Source: Pseudomonas aeruginosa (GTDB lineage Bacteria > Pseudomonadota > Gammaproteobacteria > Pseudomonadales > Pseudomonadaceae). Taken from it: a stretch of DNA of 32,000 nt. Position 1 is the stretch's first letter; each line of letters begins with the position of its first letter. The position numbers and the translations under genes were made by a program. The notes under the pieces are model-generated. The model was not told the origin of the DNA and ran no database searches. It worked only from the letters and a program-made list of their open reading frames with translations. Shown piece after piece: positions 9,754-18,846 of this stretch. The stretch spans positions 3,180,001-3,212,000 of the forward strand of contig NZ_LN831024.1 of the NCBI RefSeq assembly GCF_001457615.1. Direction: 5' to 3'.

Positions 9754-10983
9754 ATGCATCCCACTCCCCGCCTGGCTGCCGCGCTGCTCGCCGGCAGCGG
9801 GCTGGGCTGGCCGCTGCTCGCCCAGGCCGACCTGGTCGAGGACAGCCACGCCAGCCTCGAACTGCGCAACTTCTACTTCAACCGCGACTTCCGCCAGAGC
9901 GGCGCGCGCGACAACGCCGACGAATGGGCGCAGGGCTTCCTCCTGCGCCTGGAGTCCGGCTTCAGCGAAGGCACCGTCGGCTTCGGCGTCGACGCCATCG
10001 GCCTGCTCGGCTTCAAGCTCGACTCCGGCGGCGGCAGCGGCGGAACCGGGCTGCTGCCGGCCGACGGCTCCGCCGGCGGCTCCCAGGATGACTACGCCAA
10101 GCTCGGCCTGACCGCCAAGGCGCGGGTCTCCAACAGCCTGCTCAAGGTCGGCGCGCTGCACTTCAAGAGCCCGCTGGTCTCGGCCAACGACACCCGCCTG
10201 CTGCCGGAACTGTTCCGCGGCGCGCTGATCGACGTGCAGGAGATCGACGGCCTGACCCTGCGCGGCGCGCACCTGGACCGCAACAAGCTGAACAGTTCCA
10301 GCGACTACCAGGTGTTCAGCGCCAACCGCATCGGCGGGCGCAGCGATGCCTTCGACTTCGCCGGCGGCGACTATCGCCTGACCCCGGCGCTGACCGCCAG
10401 CCTGCACCAGGGTCGGCTCAAGGACATCTACCGACAGACCTTCGCCGGCCTGGTACACACCCTCGACCTCGGCGGACAGCGTTCGCTCAAGAGCGACCTG
10501 CGCTTCGCCCGGGCCAGCGAGGACGGCGGCTTCCGCGAACTGGACAACCGCGCCTTCGGCGCCCTCTTCAGCCTGCGCCTGGGCGCCCACGCGGTGGCCG
10601 CCGGCTACCAGCGGATCAGTGGCGACGATCCCTATCCCTACATCGCCGGCAGCGACCCGTACCTGGTCAACTTCATCCAGATCGGCGACTTCGGCAACGT
10701 CGACGAGCGTTCCTGGCAACTGCGCTACGACTACGATTTCGGCGCGCTCGGCCTGCCCGGCCTGAGCTTCATGAGCCGCTACGTCTCCGGCGACAACGTC
10801 GCCCGCGGCGCGGCCAACGACGGCAAGGAATGGGAACGCAACACCGACCTCGGCTACGTGGTGCAGAGCGGGCCGCTGAAGAACCTCGGGGTGAAATGGC
10901 GCAACGCCACGGTGCGTTCGAATTTCGCCAACGACCTCGACGAAAACCGCCTGATCCTCAGCTACAGCCTGACGCTGTGGTGA
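9754..10983 (+). CDS. opdO: OprD-family substrate-specific porin
   Basis: Signal peptide plus the OprD signature DLVEDSHASLELRNFYFNRDFRQ and a C-terminal beta-strand ending in W. The symbol comes from my recollection that the OprD paralogue next to pxp-like genes in P. aeruginosa is OpdO (pyroglutamate). Confidence 0.85.
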   Translation: MHPTPRLAAALLAGSGLGWPLLAQADLVEDSHASLELRNFYFNRDFRQSGARDNADEWAQGFLLRLESGFSEGTVGFGVDAIGLLGFKLDSGGGSGGTGLLPADGSAGGSQDDYAKLGLTAKARVSNSLLKVGALHFKSPLVSANDTRLLPELFRGALIDVQEIDGLTLRGAHLDRNKLNSSSDYQVFSANRIGGRSDAFDFAGGDYRLTPALTASLHQGRLKDIYRQTFAGLVHTLDLGGQRSLKSDLRFARASEDGGFRELDNRAFGALFSLRLGAHAVAAGYQRISGDDPYPYIAGSDPYLVNFIQIGDFGNVDERSWQLRYDYDFGALGLPGLSFMSRYVSGDNVARGAANDGKEWERNTDLGYVVQSGPLKNLGVKWRNATVRSNFANDLDENRLILSYSLTLW

Positions 10984-11015
10984 GGTCCGGCGAGCAATGA
11001 CCTGAAGGAACCTGC

Positions 11016-11759
11016 ATGAACAACCTGTTGTTGAACTGCGATATCGGCGAGAGCTTCGGTGCCTGGCGCATGGGCCTGGACGCCGAGGTGATGCCGCTGA
11101 TCGATTGCGCCAACATCGCCTGCGGCTTCCACGCCGGCGATCCCGGCACCATGCGCCGCACCGTGGCCCTGGCGGTGGAGCATGGCGTGCGCATCGGCGC
11201 GCACCCCGGCTACCCCGACCTGGTCGGCTTCGGCCGGCGCTCGCTGGCCTGCTCGGCGCAGGAAGTGGAAGACCTGCTGCTCTACCAGATCGGTGCCCTC
11301 GACGGACTCTGCCGCGCCCAGGGCGAACGGGTACGCTACGTCAAGCCGCACGGCGCGCTGTACCAGGACATGATGCGCGACCCGGCGATCCTCGCCGCCG
11401 TGCTGCGCGCACTGGCGGCCTACGACCGCGCCCTGCCGCTGATGCTGATGAGCACCCGCGACAACACCGCGGCGCGCGCGCTGGGCGAGGCCCACGGCAT
11501 CGAGCTGTGGTTCGAGGCGTTCGCCGACCGCGCCTACGACGGCGCCGGCTACCTAGTCTCGCGCAGCCAGCCCGGCGCGGTACACCACGACGCCGAGACG
11601 GTGCTCGCCCAGGCCCTCCTGCTGGCCCGTGGCGCGGCGCTGCGAGCCAGCGACGGCAGCGCCCTGGCGCTGGAGGCGCAGACCCTCTGCGTACACGGCG
11701 ACAACCCCGCCTCGCTGGCTGCGGTGCGGCGCATCCGCGACGCCCTGGAGGCGGCATGA
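11016..11759 (+). CDS. pxpA: 5-oxoprolinase subunit A (LamB/YcsF family)
   Basis: [43 protein letters not shown]... is the canonical LamB/YcsF N-terminus. GAAGGAA SD. Confidence 0.9.
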   Translation: MNNLLLNCDIGESFGAWRMGLDAEVMPLIDCANIACGFHAGDPGTMRRTVALAVEHGVRIGAHPGYPDLVGFGRRSLACSAQEVEDLLLYQIGALDGLCRAQGERVRYVKPHGALYQDMMRDPAILAAVLRALAAYDRALPLMLMSTRDNTAARALGEAHGIELWFEAFADRAYDGAGYLVSRSQPGAVHHDAETVLAQALLLARGAALRASDGSALALEAQTLCVHGDNPASLAAVRRIRDALEAA

Positions 11760-12469
11760 GCCAACCGCAACCGCGCATCGAGGTGGCCGCCATCGACAGC
11801 TTCGTCCTGCGCCTGTTCGAGCGCATCGACGAAGCCAACATGCCCTGGCTGCTGGCGGCGGAGGAAAACCTGCGGGCGGCGTTCGGCGCCGCCCTGCTCG
11901 ACCTGGTGCCGTCCTACACCACCCTGCTCCTGCAATACGACCTGCTCCAGCTCGACCCTGGCGAGGCCCGCGCGCGGATCGCCGCGGCGCTGTCCGACTT
12001 GCACCCGAGACGCCAGGACGGCGGCCGCCTGCACATCCTGCCGACCTGGTACGACCCGCGGGTCGGCCCCGACCTGGAACCCCTGGCGCGGCGCAAGCAG
12101 CTCGGCGTCGCCGAGCTGATCCGCCGCCACAGCCAGCGCGAGTATCGGGTCTTCGCCCTCGGTTTCAGCCCCGGCTTCGCCTTCATGGGGCTGGTCGAGG
12201 AAGCCCTGGCGGCACCCCGCCTGGCGACTCCCCGGCAACGCATCGCCGCCGGCAGCGTCGGCATCGCCGAGCGCCAGACGGCGGTCTATCCGCAGGCCTC
12301 GCCAGGCGGCTGGAACCTGCTCGGGCGCTGCCCGGTGCGCCTGTTCGACCTCACCCTGGACGGCTACAGCCTGCTGCGCGCCGGCGACCGGGTGCGTTTC
12401 GAACCCATCGGACACGCCGAATTCGTCCGTCTCGGCGGCGACGACACGCCCCTGGAGGTCCAGGCATGA
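11756..12469 (+). CDS. pxpB: 5-oxoprolinase subunit B (KipI / allophanate hydrolase subunit 1-like)
   Basis: ATGA start/stop overlap with pxpA. Sequence [12 protein letters not shown]... [16 protein letters not shown]... [25 protein letters not shown]. Confidence 0.88.
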   Translation: MSQPQPRIEVAAIDSFVLRLFERIDEANMPWLLAAEENLRAAFGAALLDLVPSYTTLLLQYDLLQLDPGEARARIAAALSDLHPRRQDGGRLHILPTWYDPRVGPDLEPLARRKQLGVAELIRRHSQREYRVFALGFSPGFAFMGLVEEALAAPRLATPRQRIAAGSVGIAERQTAVYPQASPGGWNLLGRCPVRLFDLTLDGYSLLRAGDRVRFEPIGHAEFVRLGGDDTPLEVQA

Positions 12470-13407
12470 ACGACTCCATCCACGGCGGCCTGCGGGTGTG
12501 CCAGAGCACCCCGCTGGTCCAGTTGCAGGATCGCGGCCGCTTCGGCTGCCGCCATCTCGGCGTGACCCAGGGCGGCGCCCTCGACTGGCTGTCCATGGGC
12601 TGGGCCAACTGGCTGCTGGGCAATCCCCTGGACGCCGCGGTGATCGAGATCGCCCTCGGCGGTTTCGTCGCCGAATGCCGTGCCGACGGCTGGTTGGCCC
12701 TGGCCGGCGGCGACCTCGGCACGACCCTCGATGGCCAGCCGCTACCGGCCTGGGGCGCGTTCGCCGTGCGCGGCGGCCAGCGCCTGGCCTTCGCCCACCC
12801 ACGCCAGGGCGCCCGCGCCTACCTGGCGGCGCCCGGCGGCTTCGCCGGCGAGCGCCAGTTGGGCAGCCTGGCCACGGTGGCCCGCGAAGGCCTGGGCGGC
12901 CCCCGCGCCGACGGCAAGGCCCTGGCCGCAGGCGACAGCCTCGGCTGGCTGGCCGATGGCGCGCGACCGCGCGCGCTGCCCCTGCCCAGCGAACGGATCA
13001 TGGACTGCACCGGCGAAGCGCGCCTGGAGCTGATCCTCGGCGCGCAGATCGGCGACTTCCCGGCCATGAGCCTGTTCGATGCGTTCAACGGCGACTGGCA
13101 GGTGGATACCCGCGCCGACCGCATGGGCGTACGTCTGCTCGGCCCGCGCCTGGAATGCCGGCAGCAGTCGATGATCTCCGAAGGCATCGCCCTCGGCGCG
13201 GTGCAGGTGCCGCCGGACGGTCAGCCGATCGTCCTGCTCAACGACCGCCAGACCATCGGCGGCTACCCCCGTCTCGGCGCCCTCGCCCCGCTGGCGCTGG
13301 CGCGCCTGGCGCAATGCCTGCCAGGCCAGCCGGTACGGCTGCTGCCGACGGTGCAGGAGGCGGCGCACCGCGAGCATCGACGCCTGCTGGCGGCCTGGGA
13401 CGCATAG
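12466..13407 (+). CDS. pxpC: 5-oxoprolinase subunit C (KipA / allophanate hydrolase subunit 2-like)
   Basis: ATGA overlap with pxpB. Sequence LQDRGRFGCRHLGVTQGGALD ... DRMGVRLLGP ... NDRQTIGGYPRLG. Confidence 0.88.
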   Translation: MNDSIHGGLRVCQSTPLVQLQDRGRFGCRHLGVTQGGALDWLSMGWANWLLGNPLDAAVIEIALGGFVAECRADGWLALAGGDLGTTLDGQPLPAWGAFAVRGGQRLAFAHPRQGARAYLAAPGGFAGERQLGSLATVAREGLGGPRADGKALAAGDSLGWLADGARPRALPLPSERIMDCTGEARLELILGAQIGDFPAMSLFDAFNGDWQVDTRADRMGVRLLGPRLECRQQSMISEGIALGAVQVPPDGQPIVLLNDRQTIGGYPRLGALAPLALARLAQCLPGQPVRLLPTVQEAAHREHRRLLAAWDA

Positions 13408-13418
13408 GCGGTTTTTTT
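13391..13418 (+). terminator. Possible rho-independent terminator after pxpC
   Basis: Short, weak GC stem (GCCT...AGGC) followed by a T7 run (13412-13418), which is conspicuous in this GC-rich context. Confidence 0.3.
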
Positions 13419-13474
13419 GAACGGCGCCGTATGGCGAGCGTCCACCGCACACTCGTCCCGTCCGGAGGTTCGCC

Positions 13475-13951
13475 ATGCCCAGTCGCCTGTCACTGATCGC
13501 CGCCCTGCTGTTGCCCCTGGCCGTCCAGGCCGAACCCGCTGATACCCGGGCCCTGCTCGCCGACAGCCTGGCCGACAGCCAGGCCCAGGTGGAGGCAGCC
13601 GAGCAAGCCATGCGCCGTTCCGAAAACAAGGCGGTGCAGCTCTATGCCAAGCGCGTACTCACCGAACAGCAGGAGTTCGACCATCAGTTGCGCGCCCTGG
13701 CCGGGGAAAAGGCCTTGGCGCTGCCCTCGCCGCGCCAGACCGAACGGCAGGCCGCCGCTCCCGGCGGCTTCGACGAGCGCGGTTTCCTCGACGCGCAGAT
13801 TCGCCAGCAGGACCGTCTGGTCGCACGCTTCGAGGGAATCGCCCGGGACTCCGCCGATCCTGACCTGCGCCGCTTCGCCGACGAATGGCTGGCGCGCTTC
13901 TACCACCACCGCGAACTGGCCGACCAGTTGCGTAGCGGCCGCGCCGACTGA
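13475..13951 (+). CDS. Secreted DUF4142-like protein
   Basis: GGAGG SD. Signal peptide MPSRLSLIAALLLPLAVQA followed by a helical domain with DUF4142-like features (family from memory). Confidence 0.72.
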   Translation: MPSRLSLIAALLLPLAVQAEPADTRALLADSLADSQAQVEAAEQAMRRSENKAVQLYAKRVLTEQQEFDHQLRALAGEKALALPSPRQTERQAAAPGGFDERGFLDAQIRQQDRLVARFEGIARDSADPDLRRFADEWLARFYHHRELADQLRSGRAD

Positions 13952-13969
13952 GCGCCGCGACCGCCTTGC

Positions 13970-15742
13970 TCAGTGCCGCGCGAGGACCTGCCGGGCGCTC
14001 TGGCGAATCACCCCCCAGCGCTTGGGATCGTCCTGCAGCATGGCGCCAAGCAGGTGCTTGGCCTGCTCGAAACTGATGTGCGGCGGCAGCGGCGGCACGT
14101 TCGGGTCGGTGACCACCTCCAGCAGCACCGGGCGGTCGGCGGCGAAGGCCTCGGCCCAGGCGGCGTCGATGTCCTCCGGGCGATCCACGCGGATGCCCTT
14201 GAAGCCGAGCATGTCCGCATAACGCGCGTAGGGGAAATCGATCACTTCCTGCGCCGGGCTGAACTCCGGGTCGCCGGCCAGGGCACGCTGCTCCCAGGTC
14301 ACCTGGTTGAGATCGCCGTTGTTCAGCACCAGCACGATGAAGGTCGGCGAGTCCCAGCGCTGCCAGTACTGCTGCACGGTGACCAGTTCGGCGTTGCCGT
14401 TCATCTGCATGGCGCCGTCGCCGACCATCGCCACCACCGGCCGCTGCGGATAGGCGAGCTTGGCGGCGATGGCGTAGGGCACGCCGCTGCCCATGGTCGC
14501 CAGCTTGCCCGACAGCGAGCCGAGCATGCCCGGGCGCATGCGGATGTCGCGGGCGTACCAGTTGGTATGCGAGCCGCTGTCGCCGCAGAGAATCGCATCG
14601 TCCGGCAGTTGCTCCGACAAGGAACGGAATACCCGCTGCGGGTTGATCGGGTCGGCTGGCTCTTCGGCCTGGCGCCGGGCTTCCTCGCGACTGGCCGTCA
14701 CCGCCCGCTCGACCCGGCGGCGCCAGGCGCCGTGCTTTTTCTGCTCGAGCAGCGGCAGCAGGCGCTCCAGGGTTTCCCCTGCATCGCCGAGCAAGGCCTG
14801 GTCGATCGGATAGCGGATACCGATGTTGCGCGGATACAGGTCGATCTGCACCGCCCGCGCCTGGCCGGCCTTGGGTAGGAACTCGCTGTAGGGGAAAGTG
14901 CTGCCGACGATCAGCAGGGTGTCGCAATGCGACATCAGCATGCTGCTGGCGCGGGTGCCGAGCAGGCCGATGGAGCCGGTCACGTACGGCAGGTCGTCGG
15001 AAACCGCCGCCTTGCCCAGGAGCGCCTTGGCCACTCCGGCGGCCAGGCGCTCGGCGACCGCTTCCAGTTGCCGGTGCGCGCCCAGGGCCCCGGCACCGGC
15101 GAGGATCGCCACGCGCCGGCCGCGATTGAGGATCGCCGCGGCGGCTTCCAGGTCGGCGTCGCGCGCGTAGGGTCGCGGCTGGACGAAGCCCACCGCCGAC
15201 ATCACGTGGCCGTGCTCGTGGGGCTGGCGCTTCGGGGCCGCCATCTGTTGCACGTCGTTGGGCACGATCACCGTCGCCACCTGCCGCTCGCCGACCGCCA
15301 CGCGCAGGGCTCGGTCCAGCACATGGAGCAGTTGTGCCGGGCTGACCACGGTCTCGACATAGGCGGAAACGTCCTTGAACAAGCTCTGCAGATCGACTTC
15401 CTGCTGGTAGTCGCTGCCCAGCGCGGTAGCCGCCTGCTGGCCGACGATGGCCAGCACCGGCTGATGATCCATGCGCGCGTCGTAGAGCCCGTTCAGCAGG
15501 TGGATCGCGCCCGGCCCCGAGGTGGCCAGGCACACCCCGACCTCTCCGGTGAACTTGGCGTGGGCGCCGGCCATGAAGGCCGCCATCTCCTCGTGGCGCA
15601 CGCGGATATAGTCGAATGCCTCGGCGCGCCGGCCCATGGCGCCCATGATCCCGTTGATGCCATCGCCGGGGTAGCCGAAGACGCGCTTCACCCCCCACTG
15701 GCTCAAGCGTTCGAGCAATTGATCGGCAACCGTGCTGGACAT
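13970..15742 (-). CDS. Thiamine-pyrophosphate-dependent enzyme, pyruvate oxidase/PoxB-like
   Basis: AGGAGG SD. N-terminal TPP-pyrimidine domain (VFGYPGDGINGIM...RHEEMAAFMAGAHAKFTGEVGVCLATSGPGAIHLLNGLYDA) and a C-terminal TPP-binding GDGAMQMNGNAEL motif. Confidence 0.9.
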   Translation of the reverse strand: MSSTVADQLLERLSQWGVKRVFGYPGDGINGIMGAMGRRAEAFDYIRVRHEEMAAFMAGAHAKFTGEVGVCLATSGPGAIHLLNGLYDARMDHQPVLAIVGQQAATALGSDYQQEVDLQSLFKDVSAYVETVVSPAQLLHVLDRALRVAVGERQVATVIVPNDVQQMAAPKRQPHEHGHVMSAVGFVQPRPYARDADLEAAAAILNRGRRVAILAGAGALGAHRQLEAVAERLAAGVAKALLGKAAVSDDLPYVTGSIGLLGTRASSMLMSHCDTLLIVGSTFPYSEFLPKAGQARAVQIDLYPRNIGIRYPIDQALLGDAGETLERLLPLLEQKKHGAWRRRVERAVTASREEARRQAEEPADPINPQRVFRSLSEQLPDDAILCGDSGSHTNWYARDIRMRPGMLGSLSGKLATMGSGVPYAIAAKLAYPQRPVVAMVGDGAMQMNGNAELVTVQQYWQRWDSPTFIVLVLNNGDLNQVTWEQRALAGDPEFSPAQEVIDFPYARYADMLGFKGIRVDRPEDIDAAWAEAFAADRPVLLEVVTDPNVPPLPPHISFEQAKHLLGAMLQDDPKRWGVIRQSARQVLARH

Positions 15743-15912
15743 TCTCGCCTCCTGGTCGTGTCTGGGGTCGTACCAATGAGGACTGGCGCCGCAGGCGAGG
15801 GTTCAAGGCAATCGAGCGGCGGTGCCGACGGCGAAATCGACTGAACTGTCGGCGCGGGCGACCGGCCCAAGGGACAGGGCCCGCATGGGCGCAATCGCCA
15901 GGAGGTGCCGCC

Positions 15913-16311
15913 ATGACCCGCGCCATCAACGATCCCGGAAACGAAGACCCCGGCTCCCTGCTGGAAACCGACGCCGACGCCCTGCTCGGCGGTGCCGCCG
16001 CCCAGGCGCCGGAAGAGCGCTGCCGGCTCGCAGCCCAGGCCTGCATCCGCGCGTGCGAGCGCTACCTGGCGCTCTGCATCGAGTCCAGCAGGGAACAACG
16101 CCAGCACGCCGGCGACTGCGCCGACCTCTGCCGCCTCGCCGCCCTGCTACTGGAGCGCCGCAGCCCATGGGCGCCGGCCGCCTGCGAGCTGGCGGCGCGC
16201 TATGCCCTGGCATGCGCGGAGCGTTGCGATGGCGACGAGCCGCTGGAGCGCGAATGTGCGGGTGCCTGCCGGCGCTTCGTCGAGGCCTGTCGGCCGTTGT
16301 TGCCGGCCTGA
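15913..16311 (+). CDS. Cys-rich four-helix-bundle protein (DUF326 / copper-storage Csp-like)
   Basis: AGGAGG SD. 12 Cys in 132 aa, mostly as C-x3-C on predicted helices (CIRAC, CADLC, CAERC, CAGAC). No signal peptide. Confidence 0.8.
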   Translation: MTRAINDPGNEDPGSLLETDADALLGGAAAQAPEERCRLAAQACIRACERYLALCIESSREQRQHAGDCADLCRLAALLLERRSPWAPAACELAARYALACAERCDGDEPLERECAGACRRFVEACRPLLPA

Positions 16312-16402
16312 GGCCCTCTGGCATTGCATGGAGCTGCCGGGCGTGGCGAGGGTGACCTGTGGCGTAGAATGGGAAACCGACGGCCATGTCGACGGTAGTC
16401 GC

Positions 16403-17137
16403 TCAACCCAGTACCAGTACCACCCTACGGGTGCGCGCTGATTTCTTCTCCATCTTGGAAACGCGCACCACCCCAACTTCTTCGGTATTCGCCACATGGG
16501 TTCCACCGCAAGGCTGCAGGTCGGTGTCTTTAATACTCACCAACCGAACCTGCCCGGCGCCCATCGGAGGTTGGACACTCATGGTGCGCACCAGATCTGG
16601 CCTAGCCCGCAGTGCATCGTCGCTCATGGTGTCGATCGAAACCGGATGTGCTGCCTCGACCATTGTCGCCAAGGCGCTATCAATGGCCTCGCGGGACAGC
16701 GGTTCACTCGTCACGAAGTCCAGGCGCGCATGCTCATCAGTGATGCTGCACCCATTGACCGGATAGGGCAGGACAGCACAGAGCATGTGCGCTGCGGTAT
16801 GCAGTCGCATGTGCCGGTAACGACGCACCCAATCGATCTGCGCAAGAACCACCTCGCCAGGCTTCATTGCTCGGAGAACGGTTGCCTGGCCTTCAGCTGG
16901 GATATGCAGGATGGCATCCCTGCCAGCACCTGCTTCTGTCCCCTTGCGTGTATCGGCGATCCGGAGCCGCGTGCCATCAGCCAGCGTCAGCCAACCACTG
17001 TCTCCAGCCTGGCCACCCCCCTGGGGATAGAAAACGGTCTGGTCGAGCAGCAGGCCATCTTCAACGAGATCGGTGATTCTCGCCAAACACTCTTCCCGGT
17101 AGGAGTCCTGGAGAAAAAGGGAGGCGGTCTGCGTCAT
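16403..17137 (-). CDS. AlaX-like alanyl/threonyl-tRNA synthetase editing-domain homologue (tRNA_SAD)
   Basis: Intact Zn motifs HTAAH (H113/H117) and CGGTH (C210/H214) and an N-terminal AlaRS-type barrel (FYPQGGGQAGD). ATGA overlap with the upstream acetyltransferase gene. Confidence 0.88.
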   Translation of the reverse strand: MTQTASLFLQDSYREECLARITDLVEDGLLLDQTVFYPQGGGQAGDSGWLTLADGTRLRIADTRKGTEAGAGRDAILHIPAEGQATVLRAMKPGEVVLAQIDWVRRYRHMRLHTAAHMLCAVLPYPVNGCSITDEHARLDFVTSEPLSREAIDSALATMVEAAHPVSIDTMSDDALRARPDLVRTMSVQPPMGAGQVRLVSIKDTDLQPCGGTHVANTEEVGVVRVSKMEKKSARTRRVVLVLG

Positions 17138-17877
17138 GATGCCTCCATTGGTTGAATTTGGGTCTGCGTGGCTGCCGGCTGTAGTTGCTGAACTATGTGG
17201 GGGCCTCGGATGACCTGTAGTTCAGAACGCAGGGTTACGACTGAACCGACAGGGATGTCGTCCTTGATGACACAATGCGGACCGACAAACACATCGTCGC
17301 CGATAGCGATGTCACCCAGTACACGCGTGAAGGCCCCGATTTGGACGCGGCTCCCTATGGTGGGGTGACGCTTACCGGCGGGATTAGCCGATATGCCAGT
17401 TGCCCCCAATACCACACCTCCGAGGATGTAACAGTCATCACCGATTACCGCTGTCTCGCCAATGACCGTGCCATGCCCATGGTCCAGGATGAATCGACTG
17501 CCAATCTTGCATCTTGGGTGGATTTCCGCGCCCGACAGGAGCTTTCCACGAGAGGAGACCAGGAGCGCGGTAGCCTCCAACGCTCTCTCAGGATCGCCTT
17601 CAGATGTGCTTCGCAGACACAGCATGTGGGAAAGCCGGTAGTGCAGCACTGCCTTAAACGAGCTGTAGCCAAACGCAATGTCGGATGTCCGTCCCTGTGC
17701 GGCTGGATCCTTGCTGGCGAATGCCTGCAGGTCTTCCTCGCACCAACGTCTGGCTTCTTCGAACATCGAATGAGCGACTATCCGCTCCACCAGTTGGGGT
17801 GAGCAGCACTCCATCAATGCCGCGCGCATCAGATTACCTACCAGTTTGTCCATCGCATGCGACCTCATTTCGACCAT
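17134..17877 (-). CDS. Serine O-acetyltransferase-like hexapeptide-repeat acyltransferase (CysE family)
   Basis: SATase-like N-terminal helical region (DPAAQGRTSDIAFGYSSFKAVLHYRLSH) and a left-handed beta-helix (IHPRCKIGSRFILDHGHGTVIGETAVIGDDCYILGGVVLG...KRHPTIGSRVQIGA). The alternative start ATG 17853 has a better GAGG SD. Confidence 0.85.
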   Translation of the reverse strand: MVEMRSHAMDKLVGNLMRAALMECCSPQLVERIVAHSMFEEARRWCEEDLQAFASKDPAAQGRTSDIAFGYSSFKAVLHYRLSHMLCLRSTSEGDPERALEATALLVSSRGKLLSGAEIHPRCKIGSRFILDHGHGTVIGETAVIGDDCYILGGVVLGATGISANPAGKRHPTIGSRVQIGAFTRVLGDIAIGDDVFVGPHCVIKDDIPVGSVVTLRSELQVIRGPHIVQQLQPAATQTQIQPMEAS

Positions 17878-17910
17878 GCAAGCGTTATCGCCGTGCTCTG
17901 CTCTACAACT

Positions 17911-18828
17911 TCATCGAAAAGCGTCCATGTATGACTCGACGCCATCGTAGATCATCGTCAGTACACGAGCGCCTGACGGCATGGCAGATGCCATGTTCAG
18001 CACCGCGACCAGGTTGGCTGCGGAGGACAACCCCATGCTCACAGAGTCGTTTTGCAGGACTTCCCGGATCATCGACAAGCAGGCAGATTTCGACACCCCG
18101 ACCATGCCAGTAACAATGCCGAGGTTGCAGACTTCCGGCACGATACCAATGGAAAGTCCCTGAATCTCATGCGGTGCGTGCCTATCGTCGAGCAAGTCGC
18201 ACTGCTCTGGCTGCACGCCATAGATGGCCATATCCGGCCAGTGGTTCCTCAGCACCTCTCCAACACCCGTGATATGTCCACCAGTTCCAATGCCAGCGAA
18301 GAAGAAGTCCGGGGGTGGCTGGCCTGCAAAGTCCCTCAGGATTTCCAGGGCTGTAGCTTCGCGATGGGCTTGCGGGTTGGCTGGATTGCGCTGCTGGTTG
18401 AGCATGACGAACTCCGGATGTTCCAGCAGTATCTGGATTGCCAGCTCGCCATGCGAGTTGTTCCCTTTTCTGCTATCCGACAGCACGACGTGAGCGCCAT
18501 ACAGCTCGAGCAATTGTCTCTTGTCAGGGCTGTAGTTGTCGGGAACCACCAGGGTCACGCGGTACCCCAGGATGTTCCCCGCCATTGCCAGTCCAATCCC
18601 CGTATTTCCCCCGCTCGGCTCGAGAATGGTCTGCCCTTTCCCGCGCACCAGGATTCCTTTGCGTTCGGCATCCAGAATCATCCAGAGCGCGATACGCGCC
18701 TTATGACTTCCTCCTGGATTGAAGGATTCCAGCTTGGTGAATACGCTCACCCCCAGGCGAGCAGACAATTTGCTCAGCCGTATCACCGGCGTCCCGCCAA
18801 TTAAATCGAGTAGCGAATCGTAGATCAT
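17911..18828 (-). CDS. PLP-dependent cysteine synthase-family enzyme (CysK/CysM-like, divergent active-site motif)
   Basis: LIGGTPVIRL...ESFNPGGSHKARIA (PLP Lys43), EPSGGNTGIGLA and GIGTGGHITG are fold-type II PLP signatures. Confidence 0.9.
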   Translation of the reverse strand: MIYDSLLDLIGGTPVIRLSKLSARLGVSVFTKLESFNPGGSHKARIALWMILDAERKGILVRGKGQTILEPSGGNTGIGLAMAGNILGYRVTLVVPDNYSPDKRQLLELYGAHVVLSDSRKGNNSHGELAIQILLEHPEFVMLNQQRNPANPQAHREATALEILRDFAGQPPPDFFFAGIGTGGHITGVGEVLRNHWPDMAIYGVQPEQCDLLDDRHAPHEIQGLSIGIVPEVCNLGIVTGMVGVSKSACLSMIREVLQNDSVSMGLSSAANLVAVLNMASAMPSGARVLTMIYDGVESYMDAFR

Positions 18829-18846
18829 GCTTTCCCTGCCTATGGT

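Noticed and set aside
8016-10719. 691-aa (+) and 839-aa (-) ORFs across the MFS and porin genes
   Set aside because: Low-complexity R/P/A/G-rich translations overlapping genuine MFS and OprD-family frames. These are high-GC shadow ORFs.
13659-16046. 795-aa minus-strand ORF spanning the DUF4142 and TPP-enzyme genes
   Set aside because: Extremely Arg/Pro/Gly/Ala-rich composition, typical of an off-frame read-through in about 70% GC DNA. It is out of frame with the well-supported PoxB-like CDS (13970-15742).
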